Assembly: GCA_051362555.1 (NCBI GenBank)
Contig: CM120649.1
Location: forward strand, 4,278,001-4,342,000
Origin: Lingula anatina
Taxonomy: Eukaryota; Animalia; Brachiopoda
Reading direction: 5' to 3'
Length of the DNA: 64,000 nt
Shown here: positions 14,553 through 26,914 of the stretch, piece after piece
Layout: every line of letters begins with the position of its first letter
How positions within the stretch are numbered: position 1 is the first letter of the stretch
Made by a program: the position numbers and the translations under genes
The notes under the pieces: generated by a model
Seen by the model: only the letters and a program-made list of their open reading frames with translations
What the model was told of the DNA's origin: nothing
Database searches by the model: none

Positions 14553-14818
14553 CCAATCGTGCTATCCGAACAAGGGATGACGATTGATTGAGAATGACGT
14601 CACAATGTTGACGTGAGAATAACGAACTCTCGTGATTGAAAATAAATATGAGAGAAAGACGAAAGAAAGTAAAAAGGTTGTCAAATGTCTTTATTTTAAA
14701 TTGCTGCTTTAAGCATTATCGTTCAAATAAATTGTTGAAGTAAAACGTTATTTCAGTCCACCCAAAATATCCGGCTGCGGTGGCCATATTCACAAAGAAG
14801 TATCCATGGTGACGTCAC
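14553..14818. promoter_or_regulatory. Candidate promoter with CCAAT and CRE-like motifs
   Basis: CCAAT at 14553, TGACGTCA at 14596-14603 and 14810-14817, TGACGTGA at 14609, directly upstream of the ATG at 14520 (-). Confidence 0.4.
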
Positions 14819-14890
14819 ACTCCGCAACACGCAGCTTTCAGAATTTTTGAACCCGAAATAATTGTTTAAAATAATAATTGTGACATCAAA

Positions 14891-14929
<39 letters not shown>

Positions 14930-15958
14930 ATAGATAAATAAAATATCATATTCAACTTTATGGAATTAAATACGTGAAGGATATATAAGAGCGCACCTTT
15001 CACTCGCCCAATTACGTATCCCAGGAGGTTCTTTTTTAAAACACCGATACATCTTTTTTATGTGCTAATATTTTCTCGGGATGTAGCCTATCATTAAGTT
15101 ATTTTTGCCAGGATTTTCCAGAAGTTGTTCATATAGACCTTTAAGAACTTCGGGATTCAAAAAGTGACTTTAAGATATGAACAAAAGACAACGGATTTTA
15201 TCAACAATAATTTTTTATTTGACTTGCATGAACGAGACTTACATATCAGGAAGGGGACGAGGGATTTATGGATTTTCAGCGAATCAAATAAGGCCGACCC
15301 ACCTGAATACTAGTCCCCGCAGGGAATGTATTCAGTGTCTTAACTGGAATTAAGCGGCAAGCTTTTTAGTGGGTCGCCATATTTGATCCTCGGATCTGTT
15401 AGTCCTCTGTTCTGAATGCGGTCTAATTTAACAGTCCAGTTACCGTCTACCAGGACCACATAGCGATTTTTTTATTTAATATCTCAGATATTTTTCTGGC
15501 TATCGCTATGAACATTTCTTCACTGTCCAGCGAGGATTAAATAGCCTGTTTTTACTTTATATACTGTATATATGAATGTTGTAGTACATAAACAAATACT
15601 TTGAAACAAACTCAGGAAAAAAACATACATTGGAATAGAAGTACAACTGAGATTCTAAAACGTATAGATCGAATAGAGTATTCAAGATAATTCGTTCATG
15701 GCCCAAAAAAGAAGAGGTCTAAATTTGAATCAAGGCATTGTCTCATCTCTGGGGTTCTTGTTTTGGCACAATACATATATTTGGTGTTTCTGTTAAATTA
15801 CATCTTCTTAATTGAGGTTGATCATTATATTTGTTCAATAACAAATTGAAAATTGGTCTGAAATTTGTACTATTTGTAAAACGAACCCATGCCCTCTTTT
15901 TTAATGGACTAGTACTGTAACTATTTTGCAGTTTTTTTCGTTCTCCGCCCCCCCCCCC

Positions 15959-15989
<31 letters not shown>

Positions 15990-18900
15990 ACACACACAAA
16001 CCTTTTCTTTGGAGGAATTAGTACTCCTCCCCGTATGACAATCGGCACAATAAGTGAAGTATGAAAACGAAAACCATATGCCATTTTAATCCCTTCGGCT
16101 TACAAGAAATGAAGTTACCATCGTCTACTATACTATATTTGCTGACTTCTCAAAGCAAAATTTTTCATCATTGCCTCCCCCCCCCCCCCCCCCATTTCCC
16201 TCCATTGCCATTGCCGAATTCCTGTGTTTATAAACTGCATATAAATCAGCACAAACACTCGAGTGTTACTGACGTAATTTCTGAAGTAGTAGAAAAAAGA
16301 AAAAAGTCATTAGCCAAACCCGGAAGAATCGAAAGAAAGCTTATCTCACCTCGTGAATTGAACACAAAATAAAGAGATTGCACTACACTGAAAAACATGT
16401 ATACAGTCGCGATGTTGCTCGGAAGGAAGAGAGAAACTTCGCGTGATCTTAGCTTTGAATTCAGATCGATATAGTTCTTTTTTCCTTATCCACACAATGA
16501 GAGGTCTTAATGGACAGATGGTAGCCTCCAGGTGGCGTAACTGTCGGATTTGTTAGTTATGTCAAACTGCCAGAACCAGTATATACTAGACGAAACCAGA
16601 TGTATTGACTCGGTATGTACGTTTTTCATGAATTTCTTATACTATTTAGCTGTAGTTTCTGTGCATTATATACGCTAAATGATCTTGGTGCTCAATGCAT
16701 CGTGGCCTATATTATAAAGATGGATACTGTCAATGATTTATCAATAATTTGGAAGGACGTGAGTGTCGATCAGCTGTGAACGGTATAGGAAAGTCAAAGT
16801 ACTCAATCACTAAGGTTTTGTGAACTGTTCCCTTTTTAAAAAGCCTTTTGACATGTTCTTTTAGCAGTTATAACCTTAGCGCGCAGATGGGTTAATTTCA
16901 CGTTAAAGGGGTCTTCCAATGTATTTAAGAATAGCTGGAACGCGATCAGCTGAGCTGTGGGAAAAATCGATATTGTGGCTTCTTTGAATTTGCAGCGCTC
17001 AGAGCTCGGCTTACTGCACTGTGATACCGCGTGCAGGCTATTTTTAAGTATGTCTCCCAGATTCATCGGTTGGAATAATATACGAGGTTGAGGCTCCTTA
17101 ATTAGAAAGAAGAGTCATCATATCAAAGACTTAAACGATTCGCGTTTAAGGTTACGAATATTTGGTCGCCAGGCACTTGATCAGCTGCTTGCCCTTCGTA
17201 GAAAAATCAATAGCAAGGTGTAATAACTGTATCACTTCATATACCACGCTGTGATTGTGTTCAAGGGGAGTTTATTAAGAAAATAGTAGAAATGTTCGTT
17301 CACAAAGAGAATAGAAGTGGACTTACTACACCTGAGGTCAGTATGAATAACACGCACGGATAAAGGTAGAAGCAGAGGGGGCACACTGGCCACGCTCCCC
17401 CCTTAGGCCTAAGCTTCTGAATCAGCCCTTCAAATCCCCCTCGCACCCCTCCCCCCCCCCTCCCCCCCAAAAAAAATTCAAAATCTATTTTTCCATCTCT
17501 GTAACCTGTATATTTAAATAAAATTGATTTCTTCCATGATTTTATATAAGAAGAGCCAGGCGAGGCAAAGACAATATCCTTGTGGCAGTCACCTCGCTCC
17601 GTAGCAAAATCATGTTTTCGAGGACGTCAAGTGCAACCAGTAACGACCTGAAAAAACATTCAGGACAAATGGTATTTATTTTACCTGACGCGTGTTTGAT
17701 TCTTAGGCTTTACATTCTTCCTTGAATAAATGTACAAACAGTGGAAGATAAAAATAGGTGACAGATGGAAGGACGGGTGCTCAAATTTTGATCGGCCACT
17801 TTTTCGTACCTTGTGGGTGTTTTCATTAATACGATGGGTTGCGCAATAAAAATCCGTATGCCTTCGAGTTCAATCCATATGAATAAATGGATCAAGGTTA
17901 CGCGTGTGAGGTGAAATTTGATTATCATCCAGGGTATTGAAGAAGTGTCGTAGAGAACAAGGCAGGGGAGATTTAAACGTGTTTCTTTATAGGATTAAGT
18001 TTTAAATTTACAAATGCTTCAAGCTCGTATGAAAAAAAAAAAAAAAAAAAGATTAAGCGATTATCGTTCATGCAGCATGGAAACTAGCTAGATATATATC
18101 TTTTTTATTGCTTTAGGTTGAGGCGGTGGTTAAAAAGATAGGCCTACGGCATTGTATTGTCTTTTTTAACTGTAGCACAATTAAGATACATAGTGGGTAA
18201 GACATTTTAAATGCAATACAATACAATGGTTAAAGCTCGTAGATATTTTATTTTACTTATTATTAAATCCAAAGTCACTAGCAGTGATCGATGCTGAAGG
18301 GCAAGGGCTAGATAGTAATACATAAAAAGTGTAAAACATCGACATTAATACTATATAATCTGTGTTTACCCGTACATAATAATCAAACCGCGGAAAGCCC
18401 AAAGAGCAATATATCTTAATTTTTAATGAATCTTACTTCCCTCAAGGTAGCATTTCTTTAACAAGCCTTGGAAAACAGTCTGATTACGAAGGCTGATCAC
18501 GCAACGTTAAATGTGTGCCTGGCCATATCTTATTTACTTTCTACATAAACCAAACTAACAGCCCCAAGTTTCTCTTCTGGACAAAATAAAGCCTGCAAGA
18601 TGTTGAAGTTAATGATACAAAATCACAGACATAATCTGTATAAAATAGCCATGTTGAGTAAGTTTATTCAGTTGCTCTAAATTGAGTGCTTTTTTGCGCA
18701 TCATAGATATAGTCATGTTACAGAATGGAGAGGTTTAGAAACAGGCCCATGTGCATTTCATTACAGCGTCTGCCGCTTTGTACATAAAGCGCTCCATGCT
18801 TTAGGTGCCGCGTCTAAATATTCCTGGAAGATGTGAAAAATCAAAACAACCGGAGAGCAACCAAAGTGCAATTATTCTGTAAACTGTACTTGGAGAAAGA

Positions 18901-21565
18901 CTTGCATTCATTCAGAAGATATATTCATTCAACATAAACCAATATTAACTGTCAGTCATAGTCGGCTGTCACAGTAGCTATGGGCTTGTGGATTGAGCGT
19001 TGTACATGCACGGTACGGAGTTTCAATAATGTATTGAAATTCCTTGCACAAAGTTACTTAATTATTGTATAATGAACCGTATTTTTGTTTACTTTGTGCA
19101 CTGTCACCAGATGACTCTGTTGTGTAAGCGACAGTAAAGTAAACACCACATCCATATTGCGTATCAAACATAATTTTCTGGTCACATATAACAGTCACCA
19201 AACAGTATATATCGATTCCCTTCAAATTCCCAACTTTAATGGTGTTTTCTACTGGATTTTTGCGCCAAATCGAATTTTCTTCGATGAAAGAGCAATATTT
19301 GAATAGAAACCATTACTCTCCCTGTCCCTGCAATTAGATTCCATTTTTTAAACATTTCTAATCAATTTTTTTCAGAACAAAGCTTGATTTATTTAGGCCT
19401 TCATGTTTTCCCAATATTGCAGAAGAGAAAATCAACAGCTTTTATTTGAGGCGTTTTTATCTTTTTAAAGATATGAATCATGGAAGATAAGTAGCTTTGC
19501 AGGATATATACATTTATATATAGACATAAAAGTATGACTTAGTTTCATATTAAACGCGTATAGCCAAGCAATGATACTTCGATCGATTTTGATTTGATCC
19601 CGCTGTGAATGTGTTAATTCCTGCTCATGAATACAATCTTGTAAATTTGCATACCTGAGATATGCATATTTATTTAAGTATTATAATCATTCAAATGTAT
19701 ATAGGCATGGCATATTGCATGTCAGTTAGAGAAGTCCATTTGAAATGTAAATCAAGATTTAATTTTAATGTATTTCCAATTAAGTTAATGTATATCATGG
19801 CATGATGCATATCAGTTATGGAAGTTCATTTGAAATGTAAATTATGATAGAGTATTTAAAAAGAAGCGACAGAGCCATGGAGAGAGACACATAGAGATAT
19901 AGAGAGGTAAAGAGACATAAGAATTAGATGGACATAGTGAGATAAGGCATAGATTAAGACACATAGAAAGAGAGAGATGGAGAGAGAGAACAGATACCTG
20001 AATTTACAGACAGTGAAGTAAATCATGTAGCAGAAAACTATAACTGCCGGTCTCAGTTGCCTTATTGGTGAAAAGCAATTCTAAGAAGCGTAGATTATTA
20101 CAAAACCCACAAAACCAGCACTACCAGAGCGGATGAATGTTAGTGCTAGGCATCGCTTTGTTGGTGCTAAATAATTTTATGGTTTATAAGGCCTGAAAAA
20201 GGATTGCAGATACCGTACAAAGTGAAGTCATCGTGTTCACCTTGAAATTCAGGGTGCGCTAAGATCATCCAGTACGGGTCTTATTAATGCTGTCTACGAG
20301 ATAGCTAGGAGGCGGTGGGGCTCTTTGTTTTGAACCCTATTAAGACGGCGAGGCATCAAGCTGAGTCCTAATCGATAATTCCCCAAATATGCGTGCTCTC
20401 ATCACAGAGGGATGCGTGTATTCAAACCTGTGAAGCCAGATGCTATATCTGCACTTGTGAGCGGCAACGTGCACGAAAAACGCTTCAGTTCATCTACGGA
20501 GATTACAATTAATATGTTGTGTCTGCCGCATGTGGTCAAGCAATCAATCCACTGAATTATCATTTTTGCGTGAAACGGTGAGTCGCGCGGTGTGAATTCA
20601 GAAAGTAATATTTAGATAGAAATCAATAATCTGCTAGATCTAAGGGTTTATTGTTTATAATGCGTGAATGATTACCATAATTTTTCAGTCATACCATAGT
20701 TTAACATTAATTTCCGGATGTCATTTTCATTAGTTGAGGTAAAATAGTAAAACTGTCCTTTGGACTTGGAATAAATAAAACTGACCAATTATAGATTAAC
20801 TTAGCTATATATCGCCTTTGTTAATTGATCTCTCCAATTGGGTCTTATACTATGCGGGATGGAGCTGGTAACGTTACAAATAATGTTCTTTTTTATCGTT
20901 ACTGTCGTTATAGTTTTGTTTTGCTTTGTTTTATCGCCAGTGTTCGGATTTACATTGCTATGTCGGGCCCGAAAAAACCTAATATCAAAACGCTCTCTGT
21001 AAAAGCGCTGCCTGGCAAGCTCAAAGAAAGAGAGAGTAAAAGGGGGCGTCATGCTGAGCTGTGATCAATAATCCGCACACACTTACAAACCAAAAATCGA
21101 TTGGAGTAATTTTACTATTGTGAGCGCGAACGGACGCGACTTGGCGTTTTCATTGGTGTCACGATCGAGCTAAGGAAAGTAAAATGCACAGTTTCTCTGT
21201 TAAGTTCCGGCGGTTTCAATATCTCTTTATAATATTTAAAAAAAAGACTCTTTAGGTTTGCACTTATGAGAGCCGGTTTTAGCTAAGCAAACCTCGTTAT
21301 AATATCCATTAATTGATAATCTAATACTAAGGAATAATAGATTCGAGGTATTGTCTTTATGCAGTGGCGGATGCAAGGTTTTTTAAAAGGTAAAAAAAAA
21401 AAAGAATAATAATTCAACGAAACTAAGAAAAAACCTTTCTCATAGGACGGGGAAGGAAAAACTTGCTTGGCTTTGTCTGGGCTCTAGATTATCCGCTTTG
21501 ATGGGTAGTGAGGTAGAACTGAGAACGTGGAACGGATGGAATGGTATGTAGGGAGAGCCTTCGCT

Positions 21566-21700
21566 GGGTGGGATAATTGGGGTTGGATGGGATAGAGTAG
21601 GGTGGGATAATTGGGGTTGGATGGGATAGAGTAGGGTGGGATAATTGGGGTTGGATGGGATAGAGTAGGGTGGGATAATTGGGGTTGGATAGGATAGGAT
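21566..21700 (+). repeat. 34-bp G-rich minisatellite, about 4 copies, followed by (TG)n at about 21777-21815
   Basis: Unit GGGTGGGATAATTGGGGTTGGATGGGATAGAGTA starting at 21566, 21600, 21634, 21668. Confidence 0.92.
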
Positions 21701-21774
21701 GTGTGTATGAGAAGGAATATGTGAGTAGGATACAGTGGGGTGGGTATGATGCAGCAAGGATTGGGTGGGATGAG

Positions 21775-21817
<43 letters not shown>

Positions 21818-22047
21818 GGGGGGGTGTATTGAAGTAGTAAGGTAAACCAAGTCGCGGGAATGAAATATTACTTCTCTTGATATGATGAATATTATAAAGG
21901 TAAAAGCAGAAAAAAAGAAAAAAATCCTTTGCCATTGACTGGCGTTTACTATAGTACTTCTTACAAATCTGTCATGAAACCAGACGCACAAGTGGGAATA
22001 GTTTAACGTTTTGTGTTTATTGCTTTCCAGATATACAGCGGGCAAAA

Positions 22048-25000
22048 ATGACGCGCAAAAGGGAGAGGCAGCCGTCCCTGCAGAAGGCATGCAGCAGCCT
22101 CAGCTTCCCCGACCTCGTCCTGGCGACTTCTTTCACCTCTCTCCCCGACCTCAGCGGCGTCATTGACACAGTCGAACAAAATGGCGCTCCTCCAGGGGAA
22201 GAACTGGATGAAATAGACTTTAAAGGATGCCGCGATGACGTAGACGCGGGGTGGTCTTGGGTTGTCATGATAGCAGGAGCGTTGACACTTTTCATTGGCA
22301 ACGGATATGTGTACAGCGTAGGTGTGTAATATACATCTTGTTAGTTTCATATTCCTGGTTAATTGCAAATTTCATTTATATTGATTCAGTTTGATATATT
22401 TTTATGTTATGTTAATGAAAGTGTTATGCAATCGATTTTTTATATGGCCAACAGAGTAGAATCACTTTTGTCTGGCTTTGATATACGGATATAACTGGGA
22501 CAGGTTTAGAATTTGCCTGTTTGGACGTTTCTCAACGCGGATGCTCGGGGTGTTTTTGATAAATTTCAAACAGTTTAATTTTATTTCCGGAAATAGACGT
22601 AGTCAAAGTACCAGCAATTCTGCAACCCCAAAGTAAACAGCAAAATGAGCGAAAAGACGTCCGGTTAATTGAAGGAGAACAGGTTCGCAACTTTGCAAAA
22701 CGCTTAATTACTTCCTAATAAAATGCATTAAATGTTTTATCTGAAACGGCGTTGAACGTAACCGTCTATCCATTACTAATGTTTCAGGTGTTTTCTATCT
22801 GCCATTATTGGAGGCATTCCACGAAGGAGAAGCCATGACTGCGTTACTAGGGTCCGTCTTCATTGGACTCGCCGGAACATTCGGTAGGTGGCGCCTCGCA
22901 GAAATTCTGAGATGTGTCCTTTAATCAAAATACAATGCAATAATCAACGTTATCAACGAAATCTTTTTTATAAACAGAAAGGAAAATATCTTGAAAAGAT
23001 ATATTTATTTTGCAGCTGTTATGTGCAGTGTGATGCCTAATTTTTATATACCCTGAAAAGAAAATTGCCTTGAAAGACATTGATAAATTTTTGATAATAA
23101 TAAATTTCAATAGAAATTTTATGGAAAATCATTTCTTTTCCAGCTGTGGTTGGCAGTATGATATGTAACAAGCTGAACTGCCGTATAGCCTGTATGATCG
23201 GAAGCTGTGTGGCGGCTGGGGCCTTCATCACCAGTTCATTTGCCACCAGTATTACTTTCCTTATTGTGTCCTTCGGTCTGATTGGAGGTAAGGTCGAGTG
23301 ATAGTGTCCTTATTGTATCCTACGCTTTTACCAATAGATTTAGTTTGTTGGCTTCTTTTTCAACCTTAGTATATAAAAAGTCAATGAAAGAGGATTTTTA
23401 TCATAGGATAGATAGGATGGTAAAACAGAATTATTATTCACTTGTAGACGCTATAACATGAGTCAAACAGCGGCAGATTCCGGCGCCAAATCAACCATGC
23501 AAGTGACCACTCAATAGATGGCAGACCGAAACGTCTTGTTTGACTTATGTTATTTAGTTTTTAAGAAAAATAATAATTCTTTTTATAACACTTAAAACTG
23601 TGGGGCCACGGTACTGATGGATGATGTTTTATTAAAATAATGATACTTTTTTTCATCCAGGTTCCGGTTTGATAATCTGCTACACTTCTGCCCACATTAT
23701 CACTTCTCACTACTTCAACAAGAGGCGAGCATTTGCCATTGCCGTCATGCACACAGGCGGAAGTCTCGGCCAAGTCGTTTGGGCACCCGTCACTCACTTC
23801 TTCATCGACCAATACACGTGGAGGGGTGCGTGTCTGTTGCTAGGGGCGTTGGCCCTTCACCTGCTTGCCTGCGGAGCCCTGATGCGACCACACAAATACG
23901 AATACCTCCATAAAAAGCAACACAAAACTGGATGCTCTTCAGTTTTCGATCTGAGACTCTTCAAAAATATCCAGTTTGATTTGTTTGCCTTGAATATATT
24001 GATTCTTCCAATTGCAATGGGGATGATATTCGTACATTTCCCAGCATATGCCGTGTATTCAGGCACGTCCGAGCATTCCGCCCCCACCCTTCTATCTGTG
24101 ATTGGCGTGAGCTGCATGTGCTGTAAGCTCATACTGGGCGGGGCCTTGAATCACCCGGATGTCGACGTGTGGACGATCTACACAATGTCGCAAACCTTGG
24201 TGGGATTATTAACTATTGCTGTGCCGTTATTCATGAGTTCTTACTCCGGACAGATGTTATATTCTCTGTTGTTTGGAACCTACATCACTCCATTTATGAT
24301 AGGATTCACGCCCCTGGCTGCCCAGTACGTTGAGGCAGCACAGTTGGGCGGGGCCATTGGTGTTCTTCTCTTTGCCAATGGGATTGGTTTCTTTATTGGG
24401 CCCGTGATTGGAGGTGGGTGGAACAGTCAGTATAAACAAATAACTTTTACACAAAGCAATTGAGTTTTAGTTTATTTTACAGAAATAACTGTTTTTTTTT
24501 ATTTGATTTCATAAACTGTCAATTATCGGGCAATTCAGCAGTATACTTTTTATTTTATGTATGTTGTATATATTGATGCAATTTATTGATGTCACCCCCA
24601 AAATGAATTAAAATTGGTTGTTGACACAGAATCTTAAATTCCAGAGACAGAATTTCCCCTTTTACAATTTCTTCCCACAGTGGTTTTTTATTTGCTCTTT
24701 CCTCTTTTTCAGCTGTGATGTACGATGCAAATAAATCTTATGCCGAAGCAATGCAGTTTGCAGGTACGTTGTAATTCATAAGCTTTTGTTCTTCGCCTAT
24801 TTACGTGTATTGTTTTGCATTGTGCACCTCCTATACCGAGGCAGTTCAAGATAACGAAACACAACGGACATGAAAATGCAGCCTTTCCCAGAACAACAAC
24901 ACGCATTAAACCACAGAACATATTACAACACAACAGAGAGCAATTCAGTAAAATGCAACACAATTCAATAAAGCGCAACACATCTCAATACAATGCAATT

Positions 25001-26436
25001 TAACGCAATGCAGCGCAACACAACACAATATGCTGCAATGCACAGTTCAACCTAACCAAACCACCTAATTCAACATCACATAACATATATATGCATATAT
25101 AAAATACCAATTTCAAACGATAGCTTTGAAATCATCGTGGGTTTTACGTAACGAAAGGAGGTACCTCTGTTTTCGTTCAATCAAGATATCCCAAACTCTC
25201 GTTTCAGGTGGGTGCATGCTGGCCAATACGCTGCTTATGTTCCTTCTCCCGGTCACATCCTCAATAACCCAGAATCGGGAACAGAAATCTGAAACGGACC
25301 TGGAGCAACAGAAATCGCACCGGTTCAGCTTGTTGCTCAAACAAAAACGTGAAAGTCTTGGAATCCATTCGTCTAGGGATGACAATAGGATTGAGGATGT
25401 AATTAAGGGACCACACCTCTCGAAGGTTTACGAAAGCGCAGGCCTTTGCGCTCATGGCTGTAAGCTTGGGGGTTGTCCGTTATGTTTTAATCAGCAGTAT
25501 TCACATGCGAATGGCACTGCCAACATTCCTAATGGGGTTTCACAGTCTGCTTCGACAGACGTATGTGCGTCTTCTTTCGGCACCAATAGTTCCGTGGCCA
25601 GGGACGTATTTCCGATTGCCGTGTCTGTTTCAACAGAAGACGGCTCTTTAATAATGGGGAACCACGTGGGCAAAAGCATTTCTCCATCTGAGACTGCAGT
25701 CGGTTCGGAAATGGCTTCGTCTTTAGAGACGAGGCATCCTGTTGTCACAGACAAGTACTCGGAAGGAATTTCGTTCAAGTCAGACCTCAAAGCTGATTCT
25801 CTGAACACAGATGAAGATCCGGAAAAAGCGAAGAATCAAAACGACGCAGAGGTCATATTACACCGTAGTGATAGCGACGTGTTTTCAATGGACTTGTCCA
25901 TGGTAGTGGACGCTTCAGCTTTGGAGACAAATGACAATGTTGGTCATGACCAGAGTTTAGATGACCAGTCGCTCATGCCTGACAATACTTGCTCTTTGGT
26001 AACGAAGACAATAATTGGCAGCGAAAATTCTCCAGACAGTCATTGTCCAACAGCAGGGCTCGTTTCTTCTTTGGAAAGCGGAGATGAAATTGACGCCAAC
26101 AAGACCAAATGTCAGTTTGAGGTTTCTGCCCTTTCAGAGCTTGCAATGTCTTTGGATCCAAACGAGAGACAAGAAAGAGACGGGGGGAACAACCTAGGTA
26201 ATGCGAATTACAATGCTCCGGTAGCTACGTATCCTGTTAAGACAAATAACGACAACGACAGCTCCAAATGCCGAAATTCTATTTCTTTCCAAACGAATGC
26301 TGTTACGTCTCCGGGAACAACCCAAGATTTGCACCAAGAACGTTGCTCAAATTTTGCGAATGCTCCTTCGTCTTCAGACACAAAATGCGGCGTTAACACA
26401 GCAATTGCGGAAGTGGGATTTGATATGGCTTCATGA
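22048..26436 (+). CDS. SLC16/monocarboxylate transporter family MFS protein with long C-terminal tail, 848 aa
   Basis: Exons 22048-22321, 22788-22883, 23144-23287, 23661-24413, 24713-24763, 25208-26436, all phase-1 junctions, 2547 nt. MCT motifs DAGWSWVV, YFNKRRAFA, YTWRGACLLLGALALHLLACGALMRP, GPVIG-AVMYDANKSY. Confidence 0.88.
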
Positions 26437-26804
26437 AAGATATGTTTGACACCGTGAAATGAATTTATATTGTAAAAGATGGAAGAGAAAGTCGATCTCG
26501 CAGATTTACATATTCGCTTTGAATGTTGCCAAACCGTCCGATTTATACCATGCTTCAATGAAGGTAGAACAAATGTTGATTTGACGAGTGAGAGAGAAAG
26601 AGAGAGAGATAGCGAGCGAGCGAGCGGGAGAGACCGCCACATATTAGAGCAGTGCAAACGTATGTGTAAAGGCCAAATCTGCATATATGACAAGCGCACA
26701 TCAGCTAGTTGCCTACAAAGTGATGACGTCAATTAGCCAGAGCAATATCTGAGTATATCTAGTGATATAATATTATCTCTGTGACCCTGGTAGTTAACCA
26801 GGCT

Positions 26805-26914
26805 CCCGGCAAACATATAACGTTTTATAACGTTACTATAACGTGGCCATAACGTTCTTTTTTGGTAACAGTAACGTTATTTTAACGTTATAATAACGGT
26901 ATGTGTTTGCTGGG
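26805..26914. mobile_element. Short MITE with internal TAACGT repeats
   Basis: TIRs CCCGGCAAACA / TGTTTGCTGGG enclosing about 6 TAACGT(T) motifs. Confidence 0.6.

Noticed and set aside
13059-15143. Possible TIR pair (TTAAGGTCTATA / TATAGACCTTTAA) enclosing the orphan gene
   Set aside because: Only about 10 bp match and left spacing is off by one base; such ends are common here and may belong to separate elements or be chance.
16260-20760. Possible promoter and non-coding 5' exons of the transporter (CCGGAAG at 16320, donor-like sites near 16613, 20578, 20739)
   Set aside because: Plausible, because the ATG exon has an acceptor at 22030, but the boundaries cannot be supported without transcripts.
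21440-22090. 216-aa and 148-aa minus-strand ORFs
   Set aside because: Translations of the minisatellite and (CA)n, antisense to the transporter.
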